A stretch of DNA of 37,415 nucleotides from NCBI GenBank assembly GCA_964413345.1, contig CAYPTM010000001.1, positions 1-37,415 on the forward strand, written 5' to 3'. This document shows, in pieces, positions 23,910-32,607 of the stretch (the first letter of the stretch is position 1; each line of letters starts with the position of its first letter). This DNA is from an uncultured Elusimicrobiales bacterium (lineage in GTDB: Bacteria; Elusimicrobiota; Elusimicrobia; Elusimicrobiales; Elusimicrobiaceae). Position numbers and translations under genes: made by a program. The notes under the pieces are model-generated. The model ran no database searches, had not been told where the DNA came from, and saw only the letters and a list, made by a program, of their open reading frames with translations.

Positions 23910-26425
23910 CTGCCGCCCCGTATTGCCGAAAGGGCCTGCGCGAGCCCTTCCATGGCGTCGCGGGCGTAGAGCACCCTGCCGGAAGGCCGGTTCGGAGCAA
24001 GCCTTGTGTTCACGAACTTGGAGGAAAGCGCGGCGCCGCCGACAACAAGGGGGGCGGTTACGCCGGCCTTTTCAAGGTCCTCGGCAACGGTTATCATTGT
24101 TTCGGCCGAACGGGTAAGCAGGCCGGACAGGCCTATCACGTCCGGCTTCAATTCAAGAGCGCGGGCGATTATGTCGGCATTGGGGACCTTGACCCCCATG
24201 TCCACGACTTCGAAACCGTTGCTCTGGAATATTATGTGGACCAGATTTTTACCGATATCATGCACGTCACCCGCCACGGTGGCGAGCAGCATCTTCCCGC
24301 GTGAAGCGACGTTTTCCGCCTTCATGCGCGGCTCAAGCACCGTCATGGCTGCCTTCATGGCTTCGGCGCTCTGCAGCACTTCCGTGACTATAAGTTCACC
24401 TGAGGCGAAACGAACTCCCACTTCCGCCATAGCCTTCGAAAGGGGGCCGTTTATTATGTCCACGGGTTTCCATGTGCCCGCCAGCTCTTCCGTCGCGGCG
24501 GCAACGCCGTCCCTTATGCCGTCCAGAACAAGCTGGTAAAGCCTGTCCTCGGGCTTGAGCGACTCGGCGGGGCGCAGGGACTTTTTCTGCTCGCGGAAAA
24601 GGGCGGTGAAAGCGGCCACGGCCCCTTCGTCGGCGCAGGTCAGCAGGGCGCGGCCTAGTTCGCGGGTATTTTCCGGCAGGGATTCGCAGGGAATCAGCTT
24701 TTCGGCGTTGGCTATGGCTATGTCGAGACCGGCCTCCACGCACATATTGAGGAACACGCTGTTAAGCGCCTCACGCGCCGGAACCGGCAGACCAAAGGAA
24801 ACGTTGCTCACCCCCAGAATTGTCTTGCAAGCGGGGAAATTCTGCTTTATCAGCCGTATGCCTTCTGCCGTCTCGGCGGCGGCTTTGGCGTATTTCCCCT
24901 GTCCCGAAGCGGAAGGGAACACGAGGGCGTCGAAAATCACGTCCTCCTCCGGCACGGCGCATTTTTCGCACAGCAGGCGGTAAGCCCGGGTGGCTATCTC
25001 CAGCTTGCGTATCGCGATGACGGCCATCCCTTCATTCTGGTCCTCGTCTATGCAGCCCACGACCAGCTTGGCCCCGTAGCGCCGGTTGAGGCTGGCGGCG
25101 GCGAGCAGGCGTTCCTCGCCGTGCTCGAAATTGACGGAGTTCCATATCACCGTGCCGGGGCAGAGCTTCATGGCGGCCTCGGCCACGGCGGGATTGGTGG
25201 TGTCTATCATCAGCGGCTGGCGCACCGCGGACGCGACCTTTTCAATGAACACCCGGACGTCGGCAAGCTCGTCCCGTTCGGGATTTGCGAGGCAGACGTC
25301 CAGCAGGTGCGCGCCGGCCTTCGCCTGCTTCTTGGCCACGGCAACAGCCTGGTCCCAGTCCTCGCGGGCGACCATCTCGCGGAACAACTTGCTTCCTATG
25401 GAATTGCATCGCTCCCCGGCTATGATTGGCGCCTTTATCCTGTCGGCGAAAACGGCGTGAGTGCCGGAAACCGCCCAGCGGCGGGCAGCCGGGGGCCTGC
25501 GGACAGGCACGTTGCGCACGGAGTGGGACAGCGCCCTTATGTGCGCCGGAGAGGTGCCGCAGCAGCCTCCCACGATATTTACCAGCCCCTGCCGCGCGAA
25601 CGCCGACACTTTTTTGGCGAAGCTTTCTGGCGTCTCGCCGTAATGCCCGTTTTCGTCGGGAAGACCGGCGTTAGGCATGACCAGGACGGGAAAGCGCGAG
25701 AGGGAGGAAAGGGTTTCAAGCCCTTCCTTGATTTCATCGGGGCCGGCGGCGCAGTTTATGCCCATGGCAAGCAACGGATAATGGGAGAGGGAAACGCTGT
25801 AGGCCGCCACGTCCTGCCCGGACAGCATGGTGGAACCCGCGCCAAAGCTGGCCGAAACCGCGGCAGGTATGTTCACCGCCGTCTTTTTCCGGGCGTCGGC
25901 TATGCCTTCCAGCCCCGCCTTTAAGTTCATCAGGTCCTGGGCGGTTTCAAGGAGCAGGAAATCCGCCCCGCCCTCGATGAGGGCCGCGGCCTGTTCGGCA
26001 TAGGCGGCGCGCAGCGCGTCGAAAGTTATGCCGCCGGTCACCGTTATGGCTTTTGTTGTCGGGCCCATGGACCCCGCCACGAAGCGGGGCTTGGCCGGCA
26101 GGGAATGCCTGTCCGCGCAGCGGCGCGCGAGTTTCGCGGCAGCCAGATTCAGTTCCGCCGCCCGGGACTGGAGGCCGTACTCGGCCAACACCACGGAGTT
26201 CGCGCCGAAAGTGTTGGTTTCGATTATGTCCGCGCCCGCGATAAGATAGTCGCAGTGCACTTTTTCCACCACGTCGGGGCGGGATATGTTGAGGTACTCG
26301 TTGCAGCCCTCCTGCCCGGCTCCGCCGAAATCCGCGGGGGTGAGCCCAGCTTTCTGGAGCTGCGTCCCCATAGCCCCGTCAATTACCAGCACAGCCTGTT
26401 CAAGCCTTGTTTTCAAATCGTCCAT
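23906..26425 (-). CDS. metH: Cobalamin-dependent methionine synthase, Hcy/pterin/B12 modules only
   Basis: 839 aa. Hcy-binding VLVIDGAMGTQLQ and GGCCGTSPAHI, a pterin-binding barrel, then B12 cap and B12-binding domain with GDVHDIGKNLV (DxHxxG). Confidence 0.9.
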   Translation of the reverse strand: MDDLKTRLEQAVLVIDGAMGTQLQKAGLTPADFGGAGQEGCNEYLNISRPDVVEKVHCDYLIAGADIIETNTFGANSVVLAEYGLQSRAAELNLAAAKLARRCADRHSLPAKPRFVAGSMGPTTKAITVTGGITFDALRAAYAEQAAALIEGGADFLLLETAQDLMNLKAGLEGIADARKKTAVNIPAAVSASFGAGSTMLSGQDVAAYSVSLSHYPLLAMGINCAAGPDEIKEGLETLSSLSRFPVLVMPNAGLPDENGHYGETPESFAKKVSAFARQGLVNIVGGCCGTSPAHIRALSHSVRNVPVRRPPAARRWAVSGTHAVFADRIKAPIIAGERCNSIGSKLFREMVAREDWDQAVAVAKKQAKAGAHLLDVCLANPERDELADVRVFIEKVASAVRQPLMIDTTNPAVAEAAMKLCPGTVIWNSVNFEHGEERLLAAASLNRRYGAKLVVGCIDEDQNEGMAVIAIRKLEIATRAYRLLCEKCAVPEEDVIFDALVFPSASGQGKYAKAAAETAEGIRLIKQNFPACKTILGVSNVSFGLPVPAREALNSVFLNMCVEAGLDIAIANAEKLIPCESLPENTRELGRALLTCADEGAVAAFTALFREQKKSLRPAESLKPEDRLYQLVLDGIRDGVAAATEELAGTWKPVDIINGPLSKAMAEVGVRFASGELIVTEVLQSAEAMKAAMTVLEPRMKAENVASRGKMLLATVAGDVHDIGKNLVHIIFQSNGFEVVDMGVKVPNADIIARALELKPDVIGLSGLLTRSAETMITVAEDLEKAGVTAPLVVGGAALSSKFVNTRLAPNRPSGRVLYARDAMEGLAQALSAIRGGR

Positions 26426-26444
26426 AAAAACCTCTCCATGCCTG

Positions 26445-26450
26445 ATTATA
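26445..26450 (-). promoter_or_regulatory. Possible -10 box for metH
   Basis: Perfect TATAAT on the minus strand in the 47-nt AT-rich gap, 19 nt upstream of ATG 26425, with SD GGAGAGG in between. I found no convincing -35. Confidence 0.3.
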
Positions 26451-26472
26451 TGTATTTATTCGCGCGAACTAA

Positions 26473-28557
26473 TCAAGCTATGTCAATAAGTCCCAGCTTG
26501 CGGCCGTAAAGCTCCCTCAGCCTCATACGGAAAGCCCAGTTGTCGGGGTCGTCAAGATGCGGGTCGCCGCCGAGCAGCAAATCCCTGTCCGCCACCGCCC
26601 AGCCGAGCGCCTCCCTGTCGCGCACGAGGTCCGCGGCGATGAACTCCAGGTCCCCGCTCTGGCGCGTGCCCACTATCTCGCCGGGGCCGCGCATCTCCAT
26701 GTCCTTCTCACCAAGGCTGAAACCGTCCTGCGAGGCGCAGAATGCCCGCACCCTCTCCCGCGCAAGACTCCCCGCGTCCTGCGCCAGCACCGGGAAGCAG
26801 AAGGATTCCGCCGCCCCGCGCCCGACCCGTCCCCTCAGCTGGTGCAGGCTCGCGAGGCCGAAGCGCTCCGCGTTCTGTATTATCATCACCGAGGCGTTGC
26901 GCACGTCTATGCCCACCTCTATGACCGGCGTCGCGACAAGAATCCGGGTCTTGCCGGAGGAAAACTCCTCCATGGCCTTCGCCTTCTCGGCGCTTTTCAT
27001 GGAGCCGTGTATCATCCCCATCTCCTCGCCGGGGAAAATCCCCTTGAGCCGCTCGAATTCCAGCTTAACGGACTTCAGCTCGGCCGTCTTGCTTTCCTCT
27101 ATGACCGGATGCACGATATAAACCTGTCCACCCTTTGCAAGCTCCTCCCTCGCCCTGTCGAAAGCCTGCCCTTCGGGCAGCTCCTGCGTGGTTATGGGTT
27201 TCCTGCCAGGAGGAAGCTCGTCGAGCACCGACAGGTCGAGGTCTCCGTAAAGAGCCAGCGCCAGCGTGCGCGGAATAGGCGTGGCCGTCATTATAAGCAT
27301 GTCCAGCCCGGTGGATTTCCGCCTCAGTTCCCCGCGTTGTATGACGCCGAAACGGTGCTGCTCGTCCACGACCGCGACGCGGAGATTGCGGAAGGCAACG
27401 GCCTCTTCCAGAATGGCGTGGGTCCCGACAAGGATATCCACGCGCCCTTCCCGAGCTTCATCCAGCAAAGCCTGCCGTTTTTTCCCCTTCACCCCGGACG
27501 TGAGAAGCCCAATGCGGACCGGCAGATCGCCAAGGAATTTTTTTATGGTCAGGAAATGCTGTTCGGCCAGTATTTCGGTCGGCGCGACAAAAGCGGACTG
27601 GTAGCCGTTCTCCGCCGCCAGCAGCATGGCGCACAGCGCCACGACAGTTTTGCCCGAGCCGACATCCCCCTGCAGCAGCCGGGTCATGGCCCGGTGAGAG
27701 CGCATATCGTTGAAAATCTCGTTTATCACGCGCTTCTGCGCGGAGGTAAATTCGAAGCCCAGCGCGCCCCTCAGGGGCGTGAGAAGCGTGCGCTTTATCT
27801 CGTACCCGTAGCCCTTCTTGCCGCCGGCAAGCTGCGTCTTCCGTATGGCCCACGCGGTAGTGAGGAGAAGCAGTTCCTCATAAGCGATGCGGGTCCGGGC
27901 GGCGTCCAGTTCGGCCATCGAAGCGGGATAATGAATGCCTTTGAGGGCCTGCGCTACCGACAGCAGGCCGCGCTTTTGCCTGAGCTGAACGGGAACGCAG
28001 TCTTCCACATGGGAGGCAAATTCGGTGACCGCCCGCCAGGCAGCCTCGCGGACAACCGGAGCGGTGAGTCCCTCCGACAGGGGGTACACCGGCGTTATGC
28101 GGTTGACGTGGATATGGCAGAGGGGATCATCGTCGAAATAGTGTTCGTCCACCGAGAGGCGGTATTCGGAATTGTCCTGCGGCCGGCCTATGACCCATAT
28201 GCCCCGCCCTTCGGTCATGTTCTTCCTGAGCGAGGCGAAAGGGTCGTACGCCATGCGGAAGGAGCGCTTGAACCAGGAGCAGTCGTATATGTGGCCCGCC
28301 CCGTCGTCCACGGTGACCTTGAGTATGCCCATCCCCCTCGCCTGTATGAAACGCACGGTGGCCACCTTGCCGTGAATGATGGAAACGTCCCGCATCCGCA
28401 TGAGGGACAGCAGCGTCTCGGTGCGGCGGTCCTCCCAGTCGCGGGGAAGGTAATAGAGAAGGTCCTCGGCGGTGTTGACGCCCAGGCGCGCGAATATCTC
28501 GGCCCTGCGCGGACCGATGCCCTTTATGTACTGGACTGAAGTTTCCCTCGCTTTCAC
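26473..28557 (-). CDS. recG: ATP-dependent DNA helicase RecG
   Basis: 694 aa. N-terminus SVQYIKGIGPRRAEIFARLGVNTAEDLLYYLPRDWEDRR, Walker A GDVGSGKT, VDEQHRFG, QLRGRVGRG. GTG start at 28557. Confidence 0.92.
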   Translation of the reverse strand: MKARETSVQYIKGIGPRRAEIFARLGVNTAEDLLYYLPRDWEDRRTETLLSLMRMRDVSIIHGKVATVRFIQARGMGILKVTVDDGAGHIYDCSWFKRSFRMAYDPFASLRKNMTEGRGIWVIGRPQDNSEYRLSVDEHYFDDDPLCHIHVNRITPVYPLSEGLTAPVVREAAWRAVTEFASHVEDCVPVQLRQKRGLLSVAQALKGIHYPASMAELDAARTRIAYEELLLLTTAWAIRKTQLAGGKKGYGYEIKRTLLTPLRGALGFEFTSAQKRVINEIFNDMRSHRAMTRLLQGDVGSGKTVVALCAMLLAAENGYQSAFVAPTEILAEQHFLTIKKFLGDLPVRIGLLTSGVKGKKRQALLDEAREGRVDILVGTHAILEEAVAFRNLRVAVVDEQHRFGVIQRGELRRKSTGLDMLIMTATPIPRTLALALYGDLDLSVLDELPPGRKPITTQELPEGQAFDRAREELAKGGQVYIVHPVIEESKTAELKSVKLEFERLKGIFPGEEMGMIHGSMKSAEKAKAMEEFSSGKTRILVATPVIEVGIDVRNASVMIIQNAERFGLASLHQLRGRVGRGAAESFCFPVLAQDAGSLARERVRAFCASQDGFSLGEKDMEMRGPGEIVGTRQSGDLEFIAADLVRDREALGWAVADRDLLLGGDPHLDDPDNWAFRMRLRELYGRKLGLIDIA

Positions 28558-28564
28558 AAAGACA

Positions 28565-28573
28565 ATTTTATCA
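28565..28573 (-). promoter_or_regulatory. Extended -10 candidate (TGATAAAAT) just upstream of the recG GTG
   Basis: Minus strand reads TGATAAAAT-TGTCTTT-GTG. Only 7 nt separate the -10 from the start codon and there is no SD. Confidence 0.3.
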
Positions 28574-28682
28574 AAAGGGCGGTGGGCATGAGGCTGTTAT
28601 TCGGCCTGAAACGAAAATCCGCCCTCCCCGGCCGTTACCATCACCCCATATTTAGTAGAATTCACTTTTAGGAAGAGATTAT

Positions 28683-29567
28683 ATGGATAAAATACTTATC
28701 ATAGGCGCGGATGGACAGGTGGGAAAGCACCTGCTGCGCCATTATTCCGGCAAAACGGACATCGGGGCGCTGGGTACCTGCCACACGGCACCGGGGCCCG
28801 GCATGATTCCGCTGGACATCACAAAAGCGGACGAAACGGCGGCTTTCATCGTGCGGGAAAAACCAACCGCGATTTTTCTCTGCTCCGCGCTCACCAACGT
28901 CGAGCGCTGCGAGACTCATCCGCACGAGGCGGAGGCCATCAACGTCGCCGCCGCGCGCAATATACGGGACGCCGCGGACATGGCGGGCGCCAGGCTGGCC
29001 TTCTTTTCATCGGAATATGTATTCGACGGCAAGTCCGGCCCATACGATGAGACCGCCCCGGTCAATCCGCTGAGCGTGTACGGCCGCACCAAACTTGAGG
29101 GCGAGCGCATAGTGTCGGAGACAAAGGCGGGACACATCATAATCCGCACCACGGTGGTCTACAGTTGGGACCCCGGCACGTTCAATTTCGCCATGCAGAT
29201 GGTAAACCGCCTCGGGAAAGGCGAGGGGATGTCCGTCCCGGCGGACCAGTATTCCAACCCCACCTATGCCCCGGACCTGGCGGAAGCCGCCGCGAAGCTT
29301 GTGGCGCAGGGCAAAACAGGAATATTCAACGTCGTGGGGCGGGACAGGCTGAACCGCCATGAGTTCGCCCTGCTGGGCTGCGACGTTTTCGGTTTCGACA
29401 AAAAACTGGTGACGCCTAAGATAACGGCCGAACTGGGACAGAAGGCGGCGCGCCCGCTTTATGCCGGGCTGCTTACCGGGAAGCTTGAACGGGAGACCGG
29501 TCACAGGCCCGTAGGCGCGCGCGAAGGTTTGCAGGAAGTGAAGCGCCTTATGGCGCTGGCGGCCTGA
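28683..29567 (+). CDS. RmlD-type SDR (dTDP-4-dehydrorhamnose reductase-like sugar-nucleotide reductase)
   Basis: 294 aa. ILIIGADGQVGKHL, SSEYVFDG, YGRTKLEGE (YxxxK). SD AGGAAGAG upstream. No rmlA/B/C in the window. Confidence 0.75.
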   Translation: MDKILIIGADGQVGKHLLRHYSGKTDIGALGTCHTAPGPGMIPLDITKADETAAFIVREKPTAIFLCSALTNVERCETHPHEAEAINVAAARNIRDAADMAGARLAFFSSEYVFDGKSGPYDETAPVNPLSVYGRTKLEGERIVSETKAGHIIIRTTVVYSWDPGTFNFAMQMVNRLGKGEGMSVPADQYSNPTYAPDLAEAAAKLVAQGKTGIFNVVGRDRLNRHEFALLGCDVFGFDKKLVTPKITAELGQKAARPLYAGLLTGKLERETGHRPVGAREGLQEVKRLMALAA

Positions 29568-29584
29568 GGCCCCAAGGAGCAACC

Positions 29585-31573
29585 GTGGACACGCAAACTG
29601 CGGCAGGCAACGACAGGATAAAGATGTTGGCTTACGGCGCGGCGCTGTTATGGGCCGTCATCGCCCTGCACGCGCTGCTGAGGTATTTCTCCTCCGCGCT
29701 CTTCTATCCACTCTGGAGCTCCCTGCTTGCGGCGTTCATAGGCCTGGCGGCTTACGCCGGCGGCAACGCCGCGCTCAAACGGCTTGGCATGGATTTCAAG
29801 GGCTCCGCCCCGCTTGAAATAACGACCTCACTTACCGGGGGGCTGGCCATGCTTGCCACTCTCATGATGGCCGCCGGGTTCCTCGGAGTGTTCTGGCCCT
29901 CAACGGCGGTGCTCGTCTGCGGAGGAATGCTGTGGTGGGGCCGCAACGGCCTACGGCCCGGGGGATCCCTGAGCCTGAAAGGGCTCAATCCATACCTGCT
30001 CGTGCCGTCCATCGCCTTGCTGGTTCTTTCCTTTGTTATGGCCTGGACGCCCGCCCAGCAGTACGATTCCCTCGTCTACCACCTTCCCCTGGTAAAACAC
30101 TATATCGACGCGGGCAGGATAATACCGGTCGCCTTCAACCTGTACAGCCACTTCCCACAGGCGGGGGAAATGCTCTTCTCCTACGGCCTGCTGTTCAATT
30201 CCGAAGTGGCTGCCCAGCTTACTTCCTGGTTCTGTCTGCTGGCCGCCGCCTTGTGGATATACGCCTACGCCTCCTTCTCCGGCAGGAACAAAGGCCTTCT
30301 GGCAATGCTTCTGGCGCTGTCGCATTCCTCCCTGCTGGTCATATCCTCAACGACCTATGTCGAGCCGTCGCTGACGCTGTGGGTGACCGGGGCGGTCATC
30401 TCGTTCCTCATGTGGAAGGAAGCACAGGACACCCGACAGGCCTGGCTGTGGATGGGAATGAGCGGCCTATGCGCCGGTTCAGCGCTGGGAACGAAATACT
30501 ACGCGGCCATAACCTGCATACTGCTGTTCTCCATGAGCCTTTCCTACTGCTTCACGATAGGCTGGTTCAGCCAGCGCAAGGCCCGGCTGGCGCAGGCGGC
30601 CCTGTTCGCGGCCCTTTGCGCGGCGCTCTTTCTGCCCTGGGCTGTTAAAAACATAGTTGAAGTGCAGAACCCGGTCTTCCCGTTCTTTTACAGGCTGTTC
30701 TCCTCGCCGGACATAACCCGGGCCGAAGCGCACGGCTACTTCAACATGATAACGGAGTACAACCACCGTTCCGATTTCTTCAAGGAACTGATAACGTTCC
30801 CTTACCTCAGCCTGACAAAACCGGGACGCTACGGCGGGGGCATGGACGTGCTGGGCATACTGGGGTGGGAGCTGCTCTTCGCGGCAGTCCCGCTGATGAT
30901 TTACTCGGCGCGGAAGAAATCCTGGGCCAGATGGTTGGGACTCTATATCGCCCTGCACATGTCCGCGTGGTTTGTTACCGGCACCGTACTGCGCTTTCTG
31001 CTGGTGCTTGTGCCGCTGGCCTCCCTCCTCGCGGCGGACGGGTTCCTGGAGCTTTATCACGCGTGGCCGGGCGCGAAAATCCCGCTCGCCGCGGGACTGG
31101 GCATGTTCCTGCTGACGCGGCTCATGCTTTACGGCTACATGCAGAACGTGTCCGGCGCGCCCAGGGTGTTGCTCGGACAGGAAAGCCGGACAGAATTCCT
31201 GCTCCGCACCGTACCATACTACGAATGCGCGCTGGCCGCCAACATAGTGACGCCGCCGCAGGGCACGGGAGTGCTGCTCGCCGGCGAAGCCCGCTACTAC
31301 TATTTCAAACGCCCCGTGATGCCGACGAACCTGTACAGGAACAACGACTTCGTTTCCTTCGCCAACAAGGCGCGGGACTACACGGAACTTGAAGCCTCCC
31401 TTAAAAAATACGGGGTGACGCACATAATCTACTCCCCGAAGGAATTCTCGCGGCTCAGACAATATCTCACGCTGTCCCTGACACTGTCCGGCCAGAAGAA
31501 CTGGGAAGCGATGCTCTTTAACAGCGAGGAACTGTACCAGGGCAAGAACTGCGCCCTTTACGCACTTAAATGA
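29585..31573 (+). CDS. Large polytopic membrane protein, putative GT-C fold (ArnT/PMT-like) glycosyltransferase
   Basis: 662 aa, GTG 29585 after AAGGAG. More than 12 predicted TM helices. The loop PAQQYDSLVYHLPLVKHYID resembles the acidic first periplasmic loop of GT-C enzymes. GTKYYA and LPWAVKN segments follow, then a C-terminal soluble domain of about 150 aa. The fold call is an inference. Confidence 0.55.
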   Translation: MDTQTAAGNDRIKMLAYGAALLWAVIALHALLRYFSSALFYPLWSSLLAAFIGLAAYAGGNAALKRLGMDFKGSAPLEITTSLTGGLAMLATLMMAAGFLGVFWPSTAVLVCGGMLWWGRNGLRPGGSLSLKGLNPYLLVPSIALLVLSFVMAWTPAQQYDSLVYHLPLVKHYIDAGRIIPVAFNLYSHFPQAGEMLFSYGLLFNSEVAAQLTSWFCLLAAALWIYAYASFSGRNKGLLAMLLALSHSSLLVISSTTYVEPSLTLWVTGAVISFLMWKEAQDTRQAWLWMGMSGLCAGSALGTKYYAAITCILLFSMSLSYCFTIGWFSQRKARLAQAALFAALCAALFLPWAVKNIVEVQNPVFPFFYRLFSSPDITRAEAHGYFNMITEYNHRSDFFKELITFPYLSLTKPGRYGGGMDVLGILGWELLFAAVPLMIYSARKKSWARWLGLYIALHMSAWFVTGTVLRFLLVLVPLASLLAADGFLELYHAWPGAKIPLAAGLGMFLLTRLMLYGYMQNVSGAPRVLLGQESRTEFLLRTVPYYECALAANIVTPPQGTGVLLAGEARYYYFKRPVMPTNLYRNNDFVSFANKARDYTELEASLKKYGVTHIIYSPKEFSRLRQYLTLSLTLSGQKNWEAMLFNSEELYQGKNCALYALK

Positions 31574-32607
31574 CAGACAACATCCTGCTCTACGCGCTCG
31601 GCGCGGGACTGGCCTTCGCCATATCGTTCATCATGACGCCGCTTATCCGCGAAATTGCGGTACGGCGAAGCCTGCTGGACGCTCCGGCCACAGCCATCAA
31701 GACGCACAAGACACCCACGCCCGCCCTTGGCGGCGTGGCGATAGCCCTGGGATTCTTCGGCTCGCTGGCGGTCATCCGCCTGCTGACCCATTTCCCGACC
31801 GGCACGCTGACCAATCTGCGCGGAATGCTTCTGGGCGCGCTGCTGGTGTCGCTCACCGGCCTGATAGACGACATAAAGAAACCCGGCGGGCTGTCCGTTT
31901 CAACCAAGTTCATCGTCCAGATAGTGGCGGCGGCGCTGCTCATCATATACGGCATTCACATGAATTTCCTGCACCCGCTCTACATATCCATAGCGCTGAG
32001 CGTGGTGTGGACGGTAGGCGTCACCAACGCCTTCAACATCATAGACATAATGGACGGGCTCTCCTCCAGCCAGGGGCTGATAGCCGCCGCCGGCTTCCTG
32101 CTGATAGCCCTCCCGTCGGAGTTCATATACGTCAACTTCGCCTCGGCGGCGCTGCTGGGAGGGCTGCTGGGCTTCCTGCCGTGGAACCTGAGTTCGAAGA
32201 GGAAAATTTTCATGGGCGACAGCGGGGCCCTGCTGGTCGGCTTCGTCCTCGCGGCGGTATCGATGGGGACAAACTACGACAGGGCGAACCCGCTTGGCGT
32301 CTACGCCCCGCTCCTCCTTCTAGCCATACCGATATATGACACCATCTTCGTGGCGGTGATGCGCATGCTGCGCGGCAGCTCCCCCTTCAAGGGCAGCAAG
32401 GACCATTACGCCCTGCGCCTTGAAAAAGCCGGCCTCTCCCGCCCGCAAATAGTCACCTTCAGCGCGCTGGCGGCCATATCCCTCTCGATGTTCGCCGTGC
32501 TGGCCAGCAAGGTCTCCATGTGGTGGGCGCTGGCCATATACCTGCTTGCCGCGGCGGAGTTCATAACGCTCAGCTTAAGCATAGCGCACATCAAAATGCA
32601 TGATTGA
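31570..32607 (+). CDS. Polyprenyl-phosphate hexosamine-1-phosphate transferase (MraY/WecA family)
   Basis: 345 aa with 10-11 TM helices. NAFNIIDIMDGL and FMGDSGALLVGF motifs. ATGA overlap with the upstream gene. Confidence 0.85.
   Translation: MTDNILLYALGAGLAFAISFIMTPLIREIAVRRSLLDAPATAIKTHKTPTPALGGVAIALGFFGSLAVIRLLTHFPTGTLTNLRGMLLGALLVSLTGLIDDIKKPGGLSVSTKFIVQIVAAALLIIYGIHMNFLHPLYISIALSVVWTVGVTNAFNIIDIMDGLSSSQGLIAAAGFLLIALPSEFIYVNFASAALLGGLLGFLPWNLSSKRKIFMGDSGALLVGFVLAAVSMGTNYDRANPLGVYAPLLLLAIPIYDTIFVAVMRMLRGSSPFKGSKDHYALRLEKAGLSRPQIVTFSALAAISLSMFAVLASKVSMWWALAIYLLAAAEFITLSLSIAHIKMHD

Noticed and set aside
26426-26472. Possible SAM or cobalamin riboswitch upstream of metH
   Set aside because: The intergenic gap is only 47 nt, too short for either aptamer, and it contains only a -10-like box and an SD.
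26557-28539. 660-aa plus-strand ORF antisense to recG, and similar shadows at 20188-20988, 30479-31462 and 35437-36372
   Set aside because: There are no domain motifs. The opposite-strand genes (recG, asnB, GT-C-like, GH13) carry canonical catalytic motifs. I treat these as GC-driven shadow ORFs.
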